A DNA stretch of 62,192 nt, counting the filler, from Chiloscyllium plagiosum (lineage: Eukaryota): assembly GCF_004010195.1 (NCBI RefSeq). It is 6 parts of one record of this genome, joined end to end, with 100 filler letters (N's around TTAATTAATTAA, not from the genome) between each part and the next. Parts side by side here need not be neighbours in the genome. Positions count along the whole stretch, not along the records: positions 1 to 11,165 come from NC_057717.1; positions 11,266 to 17,780 come from NC_057717.1; 4 more parts are not named here. One strand, 5' to 3'. Positions 1 through 11,995 of the stretch are shown here, piece by piece. The position numbers and the translations under genes were made by a program. The notes under the pieces are model-generated. The model saw nothing but the letters and a program-made list of their open reading frames with translations, made no database searches and had not been told where the DNA came from. Position 1 is the stretch's first letter, and the number at the start of each line of letters is the position of its first letter.

Positions 1-1891
1 ATTTTTGTAGCTCTGGTAAGCTGATTGAATTACAGCAGAAAGATGAGGAGTTAAAAAATTTATATCAAAAGATATTTAACAAGAAAGAAAATGAATGCAT
101 TCCTGTGTGTTATTACTTAACAAATGATGTCGTAATGCGGATATGGAGATCAGCGTACATTGAAGCAGATCAGACGTGGACAGAAATTCTTCAAATTATT
201 TTACCTGTTCGGGTCTAGAAAGGAGGTGCTGCGAGTGGCACAAGAGCTACCACTTGGATATCATTTCGGGGTGAGGGCATTACAGGCTGAAATACAAAGC
301 TGTTTTCACTGGCCTGGACTACACAAAGATGTAGTTGAATATTGCCAAGTGTCTCAAACATGTCACACAGGCAGTAATAAAACCTGCAACTTTAATACCG
401 ATTCCAACATTTGAGGAAACTTTCACAAGAATCTTGATAGATTGTGTAGGTCCCCTACCTCAAACAAGAGTGGGAATAAGTATTTATTAACAATAATGGA
501 TGTGTCGATTAGATTTCCAGAGGCAGACCCATTATGCAGCATTCCAGCTAAAAGAGTTGTGGAAAAAAATTCTCCTTTTTTAATTAGGTACGGACTACTA
601 ATAGAGATCCAGACAGATCAAACCTCACATCCGAACTATTCAAGTAGGTGATTGATAACTTGGGAATCAAGCAATTCAAATATACTACGTAGTATTCGGA
701 ATCACAGTGAGCATGAGCGAGATGGTATCAAACAGTGAAGACCATATTGAGGGCTTTTGGTCAGGATTATCCAGATGAATGTGATAAGGAAATTCCTTTT
801 GAACTCTTTGTGATCAGACACGCACGGAATGAATTGACCAAATTCAGACTATTTGAATTAATTTGTGGGCATGAAGTAAAAAGACCATTACCATTGGTTA
901 ACAAGAAATTAATAAATCTGAATTCAGAGAACACCCATTTGAACGATGTGTCAAATTTTAGGGAACGCTAAAATAGAGCTGGAGAGTTGAATAGACAGCA
1001 TTTAAATGTATCGCAACATACAATGAAACAGGAAGTGGATCAGAAATCACAATTTCGCAATTTTGCAATTGGGAATAAGGTATTGGTGTTACTTCCAGTA
1101 ACAGCTGAGCCTTTAGAAGCAAGTTTTAGTGTACCTTATCAAATTGGGAAGAAATTGATTGAGGTGAACTACTTGGTACGGACTCCAGACAGGATGAGAT
1201 CTCACAGAGTGTTTCATGTGAATTTGCTCAAAAGGTATTTGAAATGGAAGAAAAGCAAGAGGAGAAGGTGTTCATGATTACAGCACAGAAGGAAGAACCA
1301 AGTTCACAGGATTCTGAATCGGACATTCCTCAAATCAAATTGAACAATGAGAAAGTTGTCAAAAATTGGGATAAACTATTGAGTGACCTTACACAAGAAA
1401 AGCAAAGTGATCTGAAAGAGTTATTACGATATCGTGGAGAGATATGCGGCAATAAACTGGGAAGTACGAACATAATTGTGCATGATGTAGACACAGGAGA
1501 TTCTGTTCTGAATAAGCAACATCCTTATAGGCACAGGTTCAGAAGTAGATAGAGTGCACACTCCAAGATGTCATAATTAAGGACAAAAATATCAGATTGA
1601 TTAGATGGAACTTGTTGCTGCAGCCATTCAATCTGACAACTGGGCATATGGCAGGTCGCGAAAATGTGAAAGCTCATGAGTTATTGAGACTCGAATGAGA
1701 TACGAAGGTGTTCGATGGTGGGTGTACCGCAGCCTGAATTTGCATAGGTTTGTGTTTGAATGTTTACAGTTAGTATAGTGTATCTGTTTGTGTTGAGACT
1801 CCTAACTGGGTTCGAAGGGTTAAAATGCAGCCAGCTTTTAGCATCGATGTTTTTTTAGGGGGAGGAGACATATCACAAAGCAAGTTCCTTT
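1..1891 (+). mobile_element. Degenerate Ty3/Gypsy LTR retrotransposon pol remnant, Gmr1-like domain order (INT, then RT start, then RNase H end)
   Basis: Frameshifted ORFs show an integrase zinc-binding region (GYHFGV...FHWPGLHKDVVEYCQVSQTC), an rve core (DCVGPLP...NKYLLTIMDVSIRFPEA), a GPY/F-like module (PLEASFSVPYQI) and a pre-RT segment (IIVHDVDTGDSVLNKQHPYR). The RNase H terminus KDKNIRLIRWNLLLQPFNL...HMAGRENVKAHELLRLE* ends at 1698. A PPT-like AGGGGGAGGAGA lies at ~1857-1868, just before the gap. Confidence 0.85.
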
Positions 1892-2391
1892 NNNNNNNNN
1901 NNNNNNNNNNNNNNNNNNNNNNNNNNNNNNNNNNNNNNNNNNNNNNNNNNNNNNNNNNNNNNNNNNNNNNNNNNNNNNNNNNNNNNNNNNNNNNNNNNNN
2001 NNNNNNNNNNNNNNNNNNNNNNNNNNNNNNNNNNNNNNNNNNNNNNNNNNNNNNNNNNNNNNNNNNNNNNNNNNNNNNNNNNNNNNNNNNNNNNNNNNNN
2101 NNNNNNNNNNNNNNNNNNNNNNNNNNNNNNNNNNNNNNNNNNNNNNNNNNNNNNNNNNNNNNNNNNNNNNNNNNNNNNNNNNNNNNNNNNNNNNNNNNNN
2201 NNNNNNNNNNNNNNNNNNNNNNNNNNNNNNNNNNNNNNNNNNNNNNNNNNNNNNNNNNNNNNNNNNNNNNNNNNNNNNNNNNNNNNNNNNNNNNNNNNNN
2301 NNNNNNNNNNNNNNNNNNNNNNNNNNNNNNNNNNNNNNNNNNNNNNNNNNNNNNNNNNNNNNNNNNNNNNNNNNNNNNNNNNNNNNNNNNN

Positions 2392-5067
2392 GGAGTTTCT
2401 GGACTAGGAGGGATAGGACAGTGTTGAGGTAGGTAGAGATGAGTTCCTGGTGTGTTGTTTTCCTGGTGCCAGGATCAAGGAGGTCTCAGAGAGGGTACAG
2501 AATGTTCTCACGGGGGAGAGGGGCCACCAAGTGATCATTGTCCACCTTGGAACCAACGATATAGGAAGGGAAAAGGTTGAGATTCTGAAGGGAGATTAGA
2601 GAGAGTTAGGTAGAAATTTAAAAAGGAACTCCTCAAGGGTAGTAATATCTGATTACTCCCAGCGCTACGAGCTAGTGAGGGCAGGAATAGGAGGATAGAG
2701 CAGATGAATGCATGGCTGATGAGCTCATGAATGGGAGAAGGATTCATATTTTGTATCATTGGAATCTCTTTTGGGGTAGAAGTTACCTGTACAAGAAGGA
2801 CGGATTGCACCTAAATTGGAAGGGGACTAATATACTAGCAGGGAAATTTGCTAGAGCTGCTTGGGAGGATTTAAAGTAGTAAGGTGGCGGCGTGGGATGG
2901 GGAGGGGTCTTTGGGACCCTGCAAGATAGTGAGGAAAAAGCACAATCTGAGACTGGTACAGTTGAGAACAGAAGCGAGTCAGACTGTCAGGGCAGGCAGG
3001 GACAAGGTAGCACTAACAAAGTAAACTGCATTTACTTCAATGCAAGGGGCCTAACAGGAAAGGCAGATGAACTGAGGGCATGGTTAGGAACATGGGAGTG
3101 GGATCTCATAGCAATTACAGAAACATGGCTCAGACATGGGCAGGACTGGCAGCTTAATTTTCCAGGATACAAATGCTACAGGAAGGATAGAAAGGGAGGG
3201 AAGAGAGGAGGGGGAGTGGTATTTTAATAAGGGATACCATTACAGCTGTGGTGGGGGAGGATATTCCTGCAAATACATCCAGGGAAGTTATTTGGGTGGA
3301 ATTGAAAAAAAGGGATGATCACCTTATTGGGATTGTATTATAGATCCCCTAATATTCAGAGGGAAATTGAGAAACAAACTTGTAAGGAGATCTCAGCTAT
3401 CTGTAAGAATAATAGCGTTGTTATGGTTGGGGATTTTAAATTTCCAAACATCGACTGGGACTGCCATAGTGTTAAAGGTTTAGATGGAGAGGAATTACTT
3501 AAGTGTGTACAAGACAATTATCTGATTCTGTATGTGGATGCAACTATGAGAGAAGGTGCAAACCTTGACCTACTCTTGGGAAATAATGCCGGGAAGGTGA
3601 ATGAGATGTCAGTGGGTGAGCACTTTGGGGCCAGCAATCAAAATTCTATTCGTTTAAAATAGTGATGGAAAAGGATAGACCAGATCAAAAAGTTGAAGTA
3701 CTAAATTGGAGAAAGGCCAATTTCGAAAGCTGATTGGAGGCAGATGTTCGCAGGTTTAGGGACGGCTGGAAAATGGGAAGCTTTCAGAAATGAGATAACA
3801 AGAATCCAGAGAAAGTATATTCCTGTCAGAGTGAAAGGGAAGGCTGGTAGGTATAGAGAATGCTGGATGACTAAAGAAATTGAGGGTTTGGTTAAGAAAA
3901 AGAAGGAAGCATATGTCAGGTATAGACAGGATAGATAGAGTGAATCCTCAGAAGAGTATAAAGGAATGAGGAGTTTACTTAAGAGGGAAATCAGGAGGGC
4001 AAAAAGGGGACATGAGATAGCTTTGGCAAATAGAGTTAACCAGAATTCAAAGGGTTTTTACAAATATATTAAGGACCAAAGGGTAACAGGGAGAGAATCG
4101 GACCCCTCAACGATCAGCAAGGCAGCCTTTGCGTGGAGCCACAGAAAATGGGGGAGATACTAAATGAATATTTTCATCAGCATTTACTGTGGAAAAGGAC
4201 ATGGAAGATATAGACGGTAGGGAAATAGATGGTTACATCTTGCAAAATGTCCTGATTACTGAGGAGGGAGTGCTGGATATCTTGAAATGGTTATAGGTGG
4301 ATAAATCCCCAGGGCCTGATCAGATGTACCCGAGAACTCTGTGGGAAGCTAGAGAAGTGATTGCTGGGCCTCTTGCTGAGATATTTGTATCATCGATAGT
4401 CACAGGTGAGGTGCCAGAGGACTGGCGGTTGGCAAATGTTGTGTCACTGTTTAAGAAGGGCGGTAAAGACAAACCAGGGAACTATAGACCGGTGAGCCTG
4501 ACCTCAGTGGTGAGCAAGTTGTTGGAGGGAATCCTGAGGGACAGGATGTATATGTATTTGGAAAGGCAAGGACTGACTGCATCTTGCAAAATGTCTCGAT
4601 TACAGAGGATGAATTGCTCGATGTCTTTAAATGTTTAAAGGTGGATAAATCCCCAGGACCTGTTCAGGTGTACACGAGAGTGTACACGAGAACTCTATGG
4701 GAAGCTAGAGAAATGATTGATGAGATATTTATAAAATTGATAGTCACAGGTGAGGTGCCAGAAGACTGGAGTTTGGCCTACGTGGTTCCACTGTTTAAGA
4801 AGGGCGGTAAAGACAAGCCAGAGAACAATAGACCGGTGAGCCCGACCTCAGTGGTAGTCAATTTGTCAGAGGGAAACCTGAGGGACAGGATGTACATGTA
4901 TTTAGAAAGGCAAGGACTGATTAGGGATAGTCAACATGGCTTTGTGTGTGCGAAATCATGTCTTACAAACATTATTGAGCTTTTTGAAGAAGTAACAAAG
5001 AAGATTGATGAGGGCAGAGCAGTAGATATGATTTATATAGACATCGGTAAGGTGATTGGCAAGATTC
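2392..5067 (+). mobile_element. CR1 LINE, 5' portion (ORF1 SGNH-esterase end, ORF2 APE endonuclease and RT start), degenerate
   Basis: ORF1 end with DGLHLN-like motif; ORF2 CIYFNARGLTGKADEL...IAITETWL, MVGDFKFPNIDW, DKSPGPD, NYRPVSLTS, DSQHGF; many stops and frameshifts. Confidence 0.92.
4236..4920 (+). repeat. Internal tandem duplication (~343-bp unit) of a CR1 ORF2 segment
   Basis: CATCTTGCAAAATGTC...GAAAGGCAAGGACTGA occurs at 4236-4576 and again, diverged, at 4580-4920; the second copy has an internal 12-bp duplication GTGTACACGAGA x2. Confidence 0.85.
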
Positions 5068-7474
5068 AAACAAGGGCTGCAGATGCTGGATACCAGATTC
5101 GAGAGTAGCATGGTACTGGAAAAGCACATCAGTCCAGACAGCATCCGTCGTGCACGAAAATTGACGTTTCGGGCAAACGCCCTTCACCAAGAGTAGAGGC
5201 AGAGTGCCTGTAGGGTGGAGAGATAAATGAAAGATAGGCAGGTAGGATAGATCAAGGGGACAGTGCTGAACTGGAAGGCTGGAGGTGGGGTGAGGGGGAA
5301 AGGAAAATGAGGAAACTGGTGAAGTCCACATTGATTCCCTGGGATTGAAGTGTTCTGAGGCAGAAGACTAGGCGTTCTTCCTCCAGGCATCGGATGGTGA
5401 GACAGCGGCGGTGAAGGAGGCCAGGACCTCTATGTTCTCGGCTGAGTGGGAAGGAGAGTTGAGATGTTGGACCACAGGGTGGTGTGGTTGATTGCTGCGG
5501 GTGTCCCGGAGATGATCCCTGAAGCGCTCTGCTAGGAGACATCCAGTCTCCCAAATGTAGTGGAGACCGCATTGGGATCAACGGTTACAATAAATTATAT
5601 TGGTGGATGTTCAGGTAAAACTTTGATGGACGTGGAAGGCTCTTTTGGGACCTTGGCTGGAGATGAGGGAGGAGGTGTTGGCTCAGGTTTTGCAATTCCT
5701 GCAGTGGCAGGGGAAGGTGCCAGGATGGCAGGGTGGGTTGTAGGGGGACGTGGACTTGACCAGGTAGTCACGGAGGTTATGGGCTTTAGGGAAGGAGGAA
5801 AGGAGTGGCGAGGGAAATACAACCCTGGTGGTGGGTCCGTTTGGAGGTGGCGGAATAGTCGGCAGATGATTTGGTTTATGCGAAGGTTNNNNNNNNNNNN
5901 NNNNNNNNNNNNNNNNNNNNNNNNNNNNNNNNNNNNNNNNNNNNNNNNNNNNNNNNNNNNNNNNNNNNNNNAATTGGGTATATGGGATTGAAGTTTTGCA
6001 GGAGGTAGGGTGGGCAGAGGTGTGATCCAGGAAGCTGTGGGAGTTGATGGGTTTATAAACAATGTCAGTGTCAAGTCGGCCGTCATTAATGGAGATATCG
6101 AGGTCCAGGAAGGGGAGGGAGGTGTCAGAGATGCTCCAGGCAAACATAAAGGCAGGATGGAATGCGTTGGTGAAGTTGATGAATTGCTCAACCTCCTTGT
6201 GGGAACACGAGGTGGCGCCAATGCATTCATCAATATAGTGGAGGAAGAGATGGGGAGTGATGCCGGTGTAACTACGGAAGATTGACTTTTCTACGTAGCC
6301 AACAGAGACAGGCATAGTTGTGGTCCATATGGGTGCTCTTGTCTACCCCTTTGGTCTGAAGGAAGAGGGAGGATTCGAAGGAGAAATTGTTGAGGGTGAT
6401 CACCAGTTCAGAACGGTGTTGTTGGGGACGTCGGGAGAGGAAGAAATGGAGGGCTTGGAGGCCATGGTCATGGTGGATGGAGGTGTAGAGGGATTTGATA
6501 TCCATGGTGAAGATGTGGAGTTGGGGACCGGGGAAAGGGAAGTCTTGGAGGAGGTGTAGGGGTGGGTTGTGTCCCGAACGTATGTGGGGAGTTCCTGGAC
6601 TGGGGGAGTGGTGGGGGTAGGACAGTGTCGATGTAGGTAGAGATGTGTCCAGTGGGGCAGGAGCATGCTGAGACAATGGGTCGGCCAGGGTGGTCAGGCT
6701 TGTGGCATCGGTAGGTAGAATCGGGCAGAGCGGGGTTCACGGACTATGAGGTTCGAAGCTGTGAGTGAGAGATCTCCTGAGGTGATGAAGTTCTGTATGG
6801 TCTGGGAGATGACGGTTTGGTGAAGGGGTGGGGTCATGGTCGAGGGGGTGGTGGGAAGAGGTGACTTCTTTATGGAGTCTGGCTTCAGCAGGGTAGAGGT
6901 CAGTGCGCCAGACTACCACTGCACCCCCTTTGAATGCTGTCTTAATAGTGAGGTCGGGATTGGAACAGTGGAAGTGGAGGACTGCACGTTGTGAGGGTGA
7001 GAGTTTGGAATGGGGGAGGGGGGTAGACAGGTTGAGGCGGTTAACATCCCAACGGCAAATGGAAATGAAGAGGTCGAGGGCGTGTAATAGGCTGGCACGG
7101 GTTGTACAGGTAGATCAAGCGTGTTGGAGTTGGGTGAAGGGGTCCTCGGAAGTTGGGCTGGAGTCCTGATTGTAAATGTGAGCACGGAGGTGGCGTTAAA
7201 AGTGTTTGACATCACGGCGTGTATTAAATTTATTGATGCGTGGGAAGAGGATGATACGGGTGAATCCTTTGCCGTGGACTGATCTTTCGTCCACCGTGAG
7301 GGGCAGGTCTGGAGGGGTAGTGAAAACTCGGCAGGGCTAGGAGCTGGGAATCGGTGTGGGGTGTGGAGATGGGAGTGGGGGCGGAGGCTGTAACGGAGTG
7401 GGCGTGGTGAGGGGGAATGGGGTGGTGTCATGAGCAGGGGTGGAGTTCGTCTCAGGGTTCTGGGGCGAGGTTGG
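5068..7474 (-). mobile_element. Penelope-like retroelement (RT + GIY-YIG endonuclease), 5'-truncated, inserted into CR1
   Basis: Minus-strand frames give GRPIVSACSCPT, IFTMDIKSLYTSI, TLNNFSFE...FLQTKGV, LFLHYIDECIG, and a C-terminal LEEERLVFCLRTLQSQGIN after the GIY-YIG region. A terminal repeat with a degenerate hammerhead lies at ~5070-5190. The CR1 host resumes at 7475; imperfect 11-bp TSD TGGCAAGATTC (5057-5067) / TGACAAGGTTC (7475-7485). Confidence 0.9.
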
Positions 7475-7980
7475 TGACAAGGTTCCACATGGGAGACTGA
7501 TTATCAAGGTTAGATCTCACGGAATACAGGGACAACTCGTCATTTGGATACAGAACTGGCTCAAAGGTAGAAGACAGAGTGTGGTGGTGGACGGTTGTTT
7601 TTCAGATTTGAGACCTGTGACCAGTGGAGTGCCACAAGGATCGGTGCTGGGTCCTTTACTTTTCGTCATTGAGATAAATTATTTGATGTGAGCATAAGAG
7701 GTACAGTTAGTAAGTTTGCAAATGACACAAAAATTCAGGTGTAGTGGACAGTGAAGAGGGTTTTCTCAGATTATAACAGGATCTCGAATAGATGGGCCAA
7801 TGGACTGAGAAGTGGCAGATGGAGTTTAATTCAGATAAATGCGAGGTGCTGCATTTTGGGAAAGCAAATCTTAGCAGGACTTATACACTTCATGGTAATG
7901 TCCCAGGGAGTGTTGCTGAACAAAGAGACCTTGTTCATAGCTCCTTGAAAGTGGAGTCGCCGGTTGATAGAATAGTGACG

Positions 7981-8194
7981 GATTCTGGATCAGTGGTGCT
8001 GGAAGAGCACAGCAATTCAGGCAGCATCCGAGGACAGGCAAAATCGACGTTTCGGGCAAAAGCCCTTCCTGATGAAGGGCTTTTGCCCGAAACGTCGATT
8101 TTGCCTGTCCTCGGATGCTGCCTGAATTGCTGTGCTCTTCCAGCACCACTGATCCAGAATCTGATTTCCAGCATCTGCAGTCATTGTTTTTACC
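7981..8194. mobile_element. Fold-back Penelope terminal-repeat insertion: perfect 88-bp inverted repeat with 14-bp TSD
   Basis: 7981-8068 is the exact reverse complement of 8074-8161 (loop CTGAT); AGAATAGTGACGGA at 7969-7982 and 8195-8208. Confidence 0.92.
8065..8100 (+). ncRNA. Minimal type-I hammerhead ribozyme motif (Penelope-associated)
   Basis: CTGATGA (8069-8075)-A-GGGC-TTTT-GCCC-GAAAC-GTC (8094-8096): intact catalytic core, 4-bp stem II, palindromic ACGT in place of stem III. Confidence 0.75.
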
Positions 8195-8849
8195 AGAATA
8201 GTGACGGAGACGTTTGAGATGCTTCCCTTTATTGTTCAGAGCATTGTGTACAGGAGTTGGGAGGTTATGTTGCGGCTGTACAGGACATTGGTCAGGCCAC
8301 TGTTGGAATATTGCGTGCAATTCTAGTCTCCTTCCTATCGGAAAGATATTGTGAAACTTGAAAGGGTTCAGAAACGATTTGCAAGGATTTTGCCAGGGTT
8401 GGAGGATTTGAACTATAGGGAGAGGCTGAACAGGCTGGGGCTGTTTTCCCTGGAGGGTCAGAGGCTGAGGGGTGACCTTATAGGGGTTTACAAAATTATG
8501 AGGGGCATGGATAGGATAAATAGACAAAGACTTTTCCCTGGGGTCGTGGAGTCCAGAACTAGAGGTCATAGGTTTAGGGTGAGACGTGAAAGATATAAAA
8601 GAGACCTCATGGACAACTTTATCATGCAGACGTGTATGGAGTGAGTTGCCAGAGGAAGTGGTGGAGGCTGGTACAATTGCATATTTAAGAGGCATTTGGA
8701 TGGGTATATGAATCGGAAAGGTTTGGAGGGATATGGGCAGGGTACTGGCAAGTGGGACTAGAATGGATATCTGGTCGGCATGGACAGGATGGACTGAAAA
8801 TTCTGTTTCCATGCTGTACATCTCGATGATTCTATGACTCTATGTGTAC

Positions 8850-9970
8850 CAGTCCCCATTTATCAAGGCCGCTTGTTACATTCTAATGGATCTCCAGAAA
8901 ACATTTGAATTATTTTCCAGACAAAATATAGTTCGGCTTTAACTTGACTATGCTGACTCTCCGTGAAACTTTTCTATGTGGCCCGCAGTCCCTTCCTTAA
9001 TAACAGAATCTCACAGATTCCCAGCAATAATGGTTAGGGTAGGTGGTTCCCGCTTTCAGTCTCGCTCGTTACTTGAAGTCAGGCGCCACATTGGAGGGTC
9101 TCCAGTTTCACTGGAACACTCCGTTAATCCAGATAGTTTTGGAATATTTCACACAGTGCCACCAGCCACTCTGTGTCCACTTTTCGTAAAACCAGCTATG
9201 AATTGCTGATGACCTGTTTACCCTTGGTCTCATCCGTTTGAGAAATGTCTTGTTCCTTTTGTTAGATACAGTTCTAGATCTTCCCTCCTATTACCATTTT
9301 GTTTATACCATTGAAATACTTACAGTATCTTCACCTGTAAGGAACGAAGTAAAATATTGGTGTAAATTACCTTTCTGCTCCCTGTATCCAGTTCCCCAGT
9401 CACACCCTCCAAATGTCCTGAATATACTTCCAGACTTCCTTTCTACCAAAGATCACACACACCTCTTGAACCCTTCTTACATACATTGAAAAGCTCGTGC
9501 TGCTTGTTTTTATATTTCTTGCCAATTTGCTTACATCACGTCTTTTCTTCCCTTTTCTTTGATTTCAATATTTATACAGTCTTACCGCATACAAACAGAA
9601 TCTTTGGTCCAAATCTCCATGCCGGCCAGGTTTTCCAAACTAAACTATTCCCATCTTCTTGCATTTGGCACATAGGCCTCTAAACGGTTCCCATTCAAAT
9701 GTTTGTCCTAATGTCTTTCAAATGTTGGTGGTATACTTGCATCTGCCAGTCTTCCTCTGGCAGCGCATTCCATAAACACGTCACCTACTGTGTAAAATCA
9801 ATTGCCTCTTCCTCCCTTTTAAATTTTCCCTATTCCACCATAAACCTATGGTTCTCTGATTTAATTTTCCTATCCTGTGGAAAAGACCTTGGCTTTTCAC
9901 CCTAGCCATGCCTTCCCTGATTTTATAAATTTCTATAATGTCCACCCTCACCCTCCTACACTCCATCTGG
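8850..9970 (-). mobile_element. Old CR1 fragments
   Basis: Reverse-complement similarity to CR1 ORF2 and 3' end (e.g. RRVRVDIIEIYKIREGMARV). Confidence 0.6.
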
Positions 9971-10439
9971 TACTAACTTCAAGAACAAGCATTTAAAGAC
10001 CAGCACTGTAAATTTCAAACAATGTTAAAAGTGACAGGTAACCAGCACCCAGCCCAAACTTCATACTGTTAGTTGTTATCTTCATTATATTACAATAATA
10101 AGACGGCATGAAAATCTTACTAGTGCTAATAAGCCGTCAAGCAAATGAGTTCCTTTGTCTGATGGCAGTGATGATCTCTACAGTGAAAATGTATCTCTGG
10201 CCAGATCTATATAATACCATATGTTCAACATTTTCCCTCCTGGTCTCCCTATGACCTTATGTGGTTGTGTCTTCTTTATCTTGCATCAATAGAGAGAACT
10301 CCTTTCCCCTATTCATATCTTAATTTAAACTCATTTTGTACCATCTTCTCGTTCACCACCGCTAAAAGCCTGTTTACCTGTTGTCACACCCTCTTTTCCC
10401 AGTGACCTACCCCCACCTCTGGCAAAGGACTAAAATGCC

Positions 10440-10710
10440 CAGTTTCCAATCATTTTGGAACTAGACTTGAAACGCTAACTCTGTTTCTCTGTCTCTGTAA
10501 ATGCTTCCAGACCTGCTGAGTTTCTCCAGAAATGAATAAGCACAACACAAATTTTCAATTAAACAAATATGTATAAATACGGGAAATTTAAATGCTGTAG
10601 AAAGTGGGAGCTTTGTCGAAGGGTCACTGGACCCGAAAGATGAATTCAGCTTTCACTTCAAAAGATGCAGCCAGACTTGCTTAGTTTCTTCAGCAATTTC
10701 TGTTTTAAAA
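10440..10710 (+). mobile_element. Two degenerate Penelope terminal-repeat fragments
   Basis: GACTTGAAACGCTAACTCTGTTTCTCT...AGACCTGCTGAGTTTCTCCAG and GAAGGGTCACTGGACCCGAAAG...GATGCAGCCAGACTTGCTTAGTTTC, the same architecture as other hammerhead-bearing termini here. Confidence 0.6.
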
Positions 10711-11265
10711 AATTTTCGAAAGACATGTGTCGAATCTGGTCAAACGCTCTGTCCAGCACAGAGCGCTGTACATTGGGAAGTGAACAAAAACGCAAAGTGC
10801 ACAAGTTCATTGACTCTAAAACGACATAAGGCTGGCATCACTGACAGCACTGAGGTCTTAATCATGACCAGGGAGAAAAACAGAGGAAAAAAAAGCATTC
10901 ACTTGAAACACAGGAGATGGTATTACGGGAAAGGAAACGTTTCAGATTAATATTTTAAAGCATCTGTGTAATGTAACAAATTGGAGGCGTGACGTCAGTG
11001 TGAGACCCTCATCAGAATGCGATTATGAAACTGGATGTGTTCACACATCAGAAACCAGGTTAGGTCACTGAGTACAGGGCTGATAGGTGAACGGGTCTCA
11101 GTGTGAACTGGGGGAAAGTCAGAAGAATTGATTTGCAGACATTGCAGCTCACACCGCAGAATTGCNNNNNNNNNNNNNNNNNNNNNNNNNNNNNNNNNNN
11201 NNNNNNNNNTTAATTAATTAANNNNNNNNNNNNNNNNNNNNNNNNNNNNNNNNNNNNNNNNNNNN

Positions 11266-11347
11266 CAGTCGGAGGTATGTCGGGCCGTGATGGTTACTGC
11301 ACACTGGGAGGTATGTCGGGCCGTGATGGTTACTGTACAGTGGGGAG
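11266..11347. repeat. 36-bp minisatellite running out of a gap
   Basis: GGAGGTATGTCGGGCCGTGATGGTTACTG(C/T)ACA repeated at 11271 and 11307. Confidence 0.8.
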
Positions 11348-11712
11348 TCTGTCTGGCTGTGAAGTTGCAGACTGTATGAGCTGTACAGAGTATGATTCTG
11401 CTGATCCGATAGCCCTCTGCACCTCATGGCTGCATCACCATTGGTTATTCAATCTTTGTAAAGTCTGTTCCATTCAGTACTCGTGGGGCTTCATATCATG
11501 GTGTGGAGGGTCTGCAAAAATGCGAAGGTCGCCCTTGCTCCCCGTTGTGCAATGACCATTCTTACTGATATGTTAAATGGAGAGGTGTATCTGCAGCAGG
11601 CAGACCGGTGATGATGTGGTCAGTTATATGTTGCCCTTTTATTGATTTCACCATAACCTGCCACAGAGCAGTCTCGCAGCCACAGGATCCAGCATCAATG
11701 CTGAGTACTATC

Positions 11713-11995
11713 ATTAGATTAGATTCCCTACATGATGGGAACAGGCCCTTCGGCCCAACTAGTCAACACCAACCTCTGAAGAGCAACACACGCCTCTCTG
11801 ACTAATGCACTGAACACTATGGGCAGTTTAACATGGCCAATTCACTTGAGCTGCACATCATTGGACTGTGGGAGGAAACCCGCGCAGACACAGAGAGAAT
11901 GTGCAAATGCTGCACAGGCAGTTGCCCGAGGCTGGAATCAAACCTGGGACCCTGGTGCTATGAGGCAGCAGTGCTAACCACTGAGCCACCATGAC
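11713..11995 (-). mobile_element. HE1-type tRNA-derived SINE
   Basis: Reverse complement of ...GTGGCTCAGTGGTTAGCACTGCTGCCTCA...; (TCTAA)n-like tail TTAGATTAGATT at the left end. Confidence 0.85.

Larger units (their letters stand above)
7475..8844 (+). mobile_element. CR1 LINE, 3' portion (continuation of 2392-5067)
   Basis: DKVPH, SGVPQGSVLGP, WQMEFN, LERVQKRF motifs; 3' tail CATCTCGATGATTCTATGACTCTATG. Confidence 0.92.

Noticed and set aside
1825..2427. Long ORFs composed of X residues (also at 22.6, 38.2, 51.5 and 52.7 kb)
   Set aside because: They only span assembly gaps
7871..8821. 316-aa minus-strand ORF
   Set aside because: Antisense of the CR1 3' end plus the palindromic insertion
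11210..11221. TTAATTAATTAA palindrome embedded in N runs (also 17825, 28440, 46209, 57523)
   Set aside because: Identical 12-mer centred in exactly 100-bp gaps; an artificial six-frame-stop scaffolding linker, not biology
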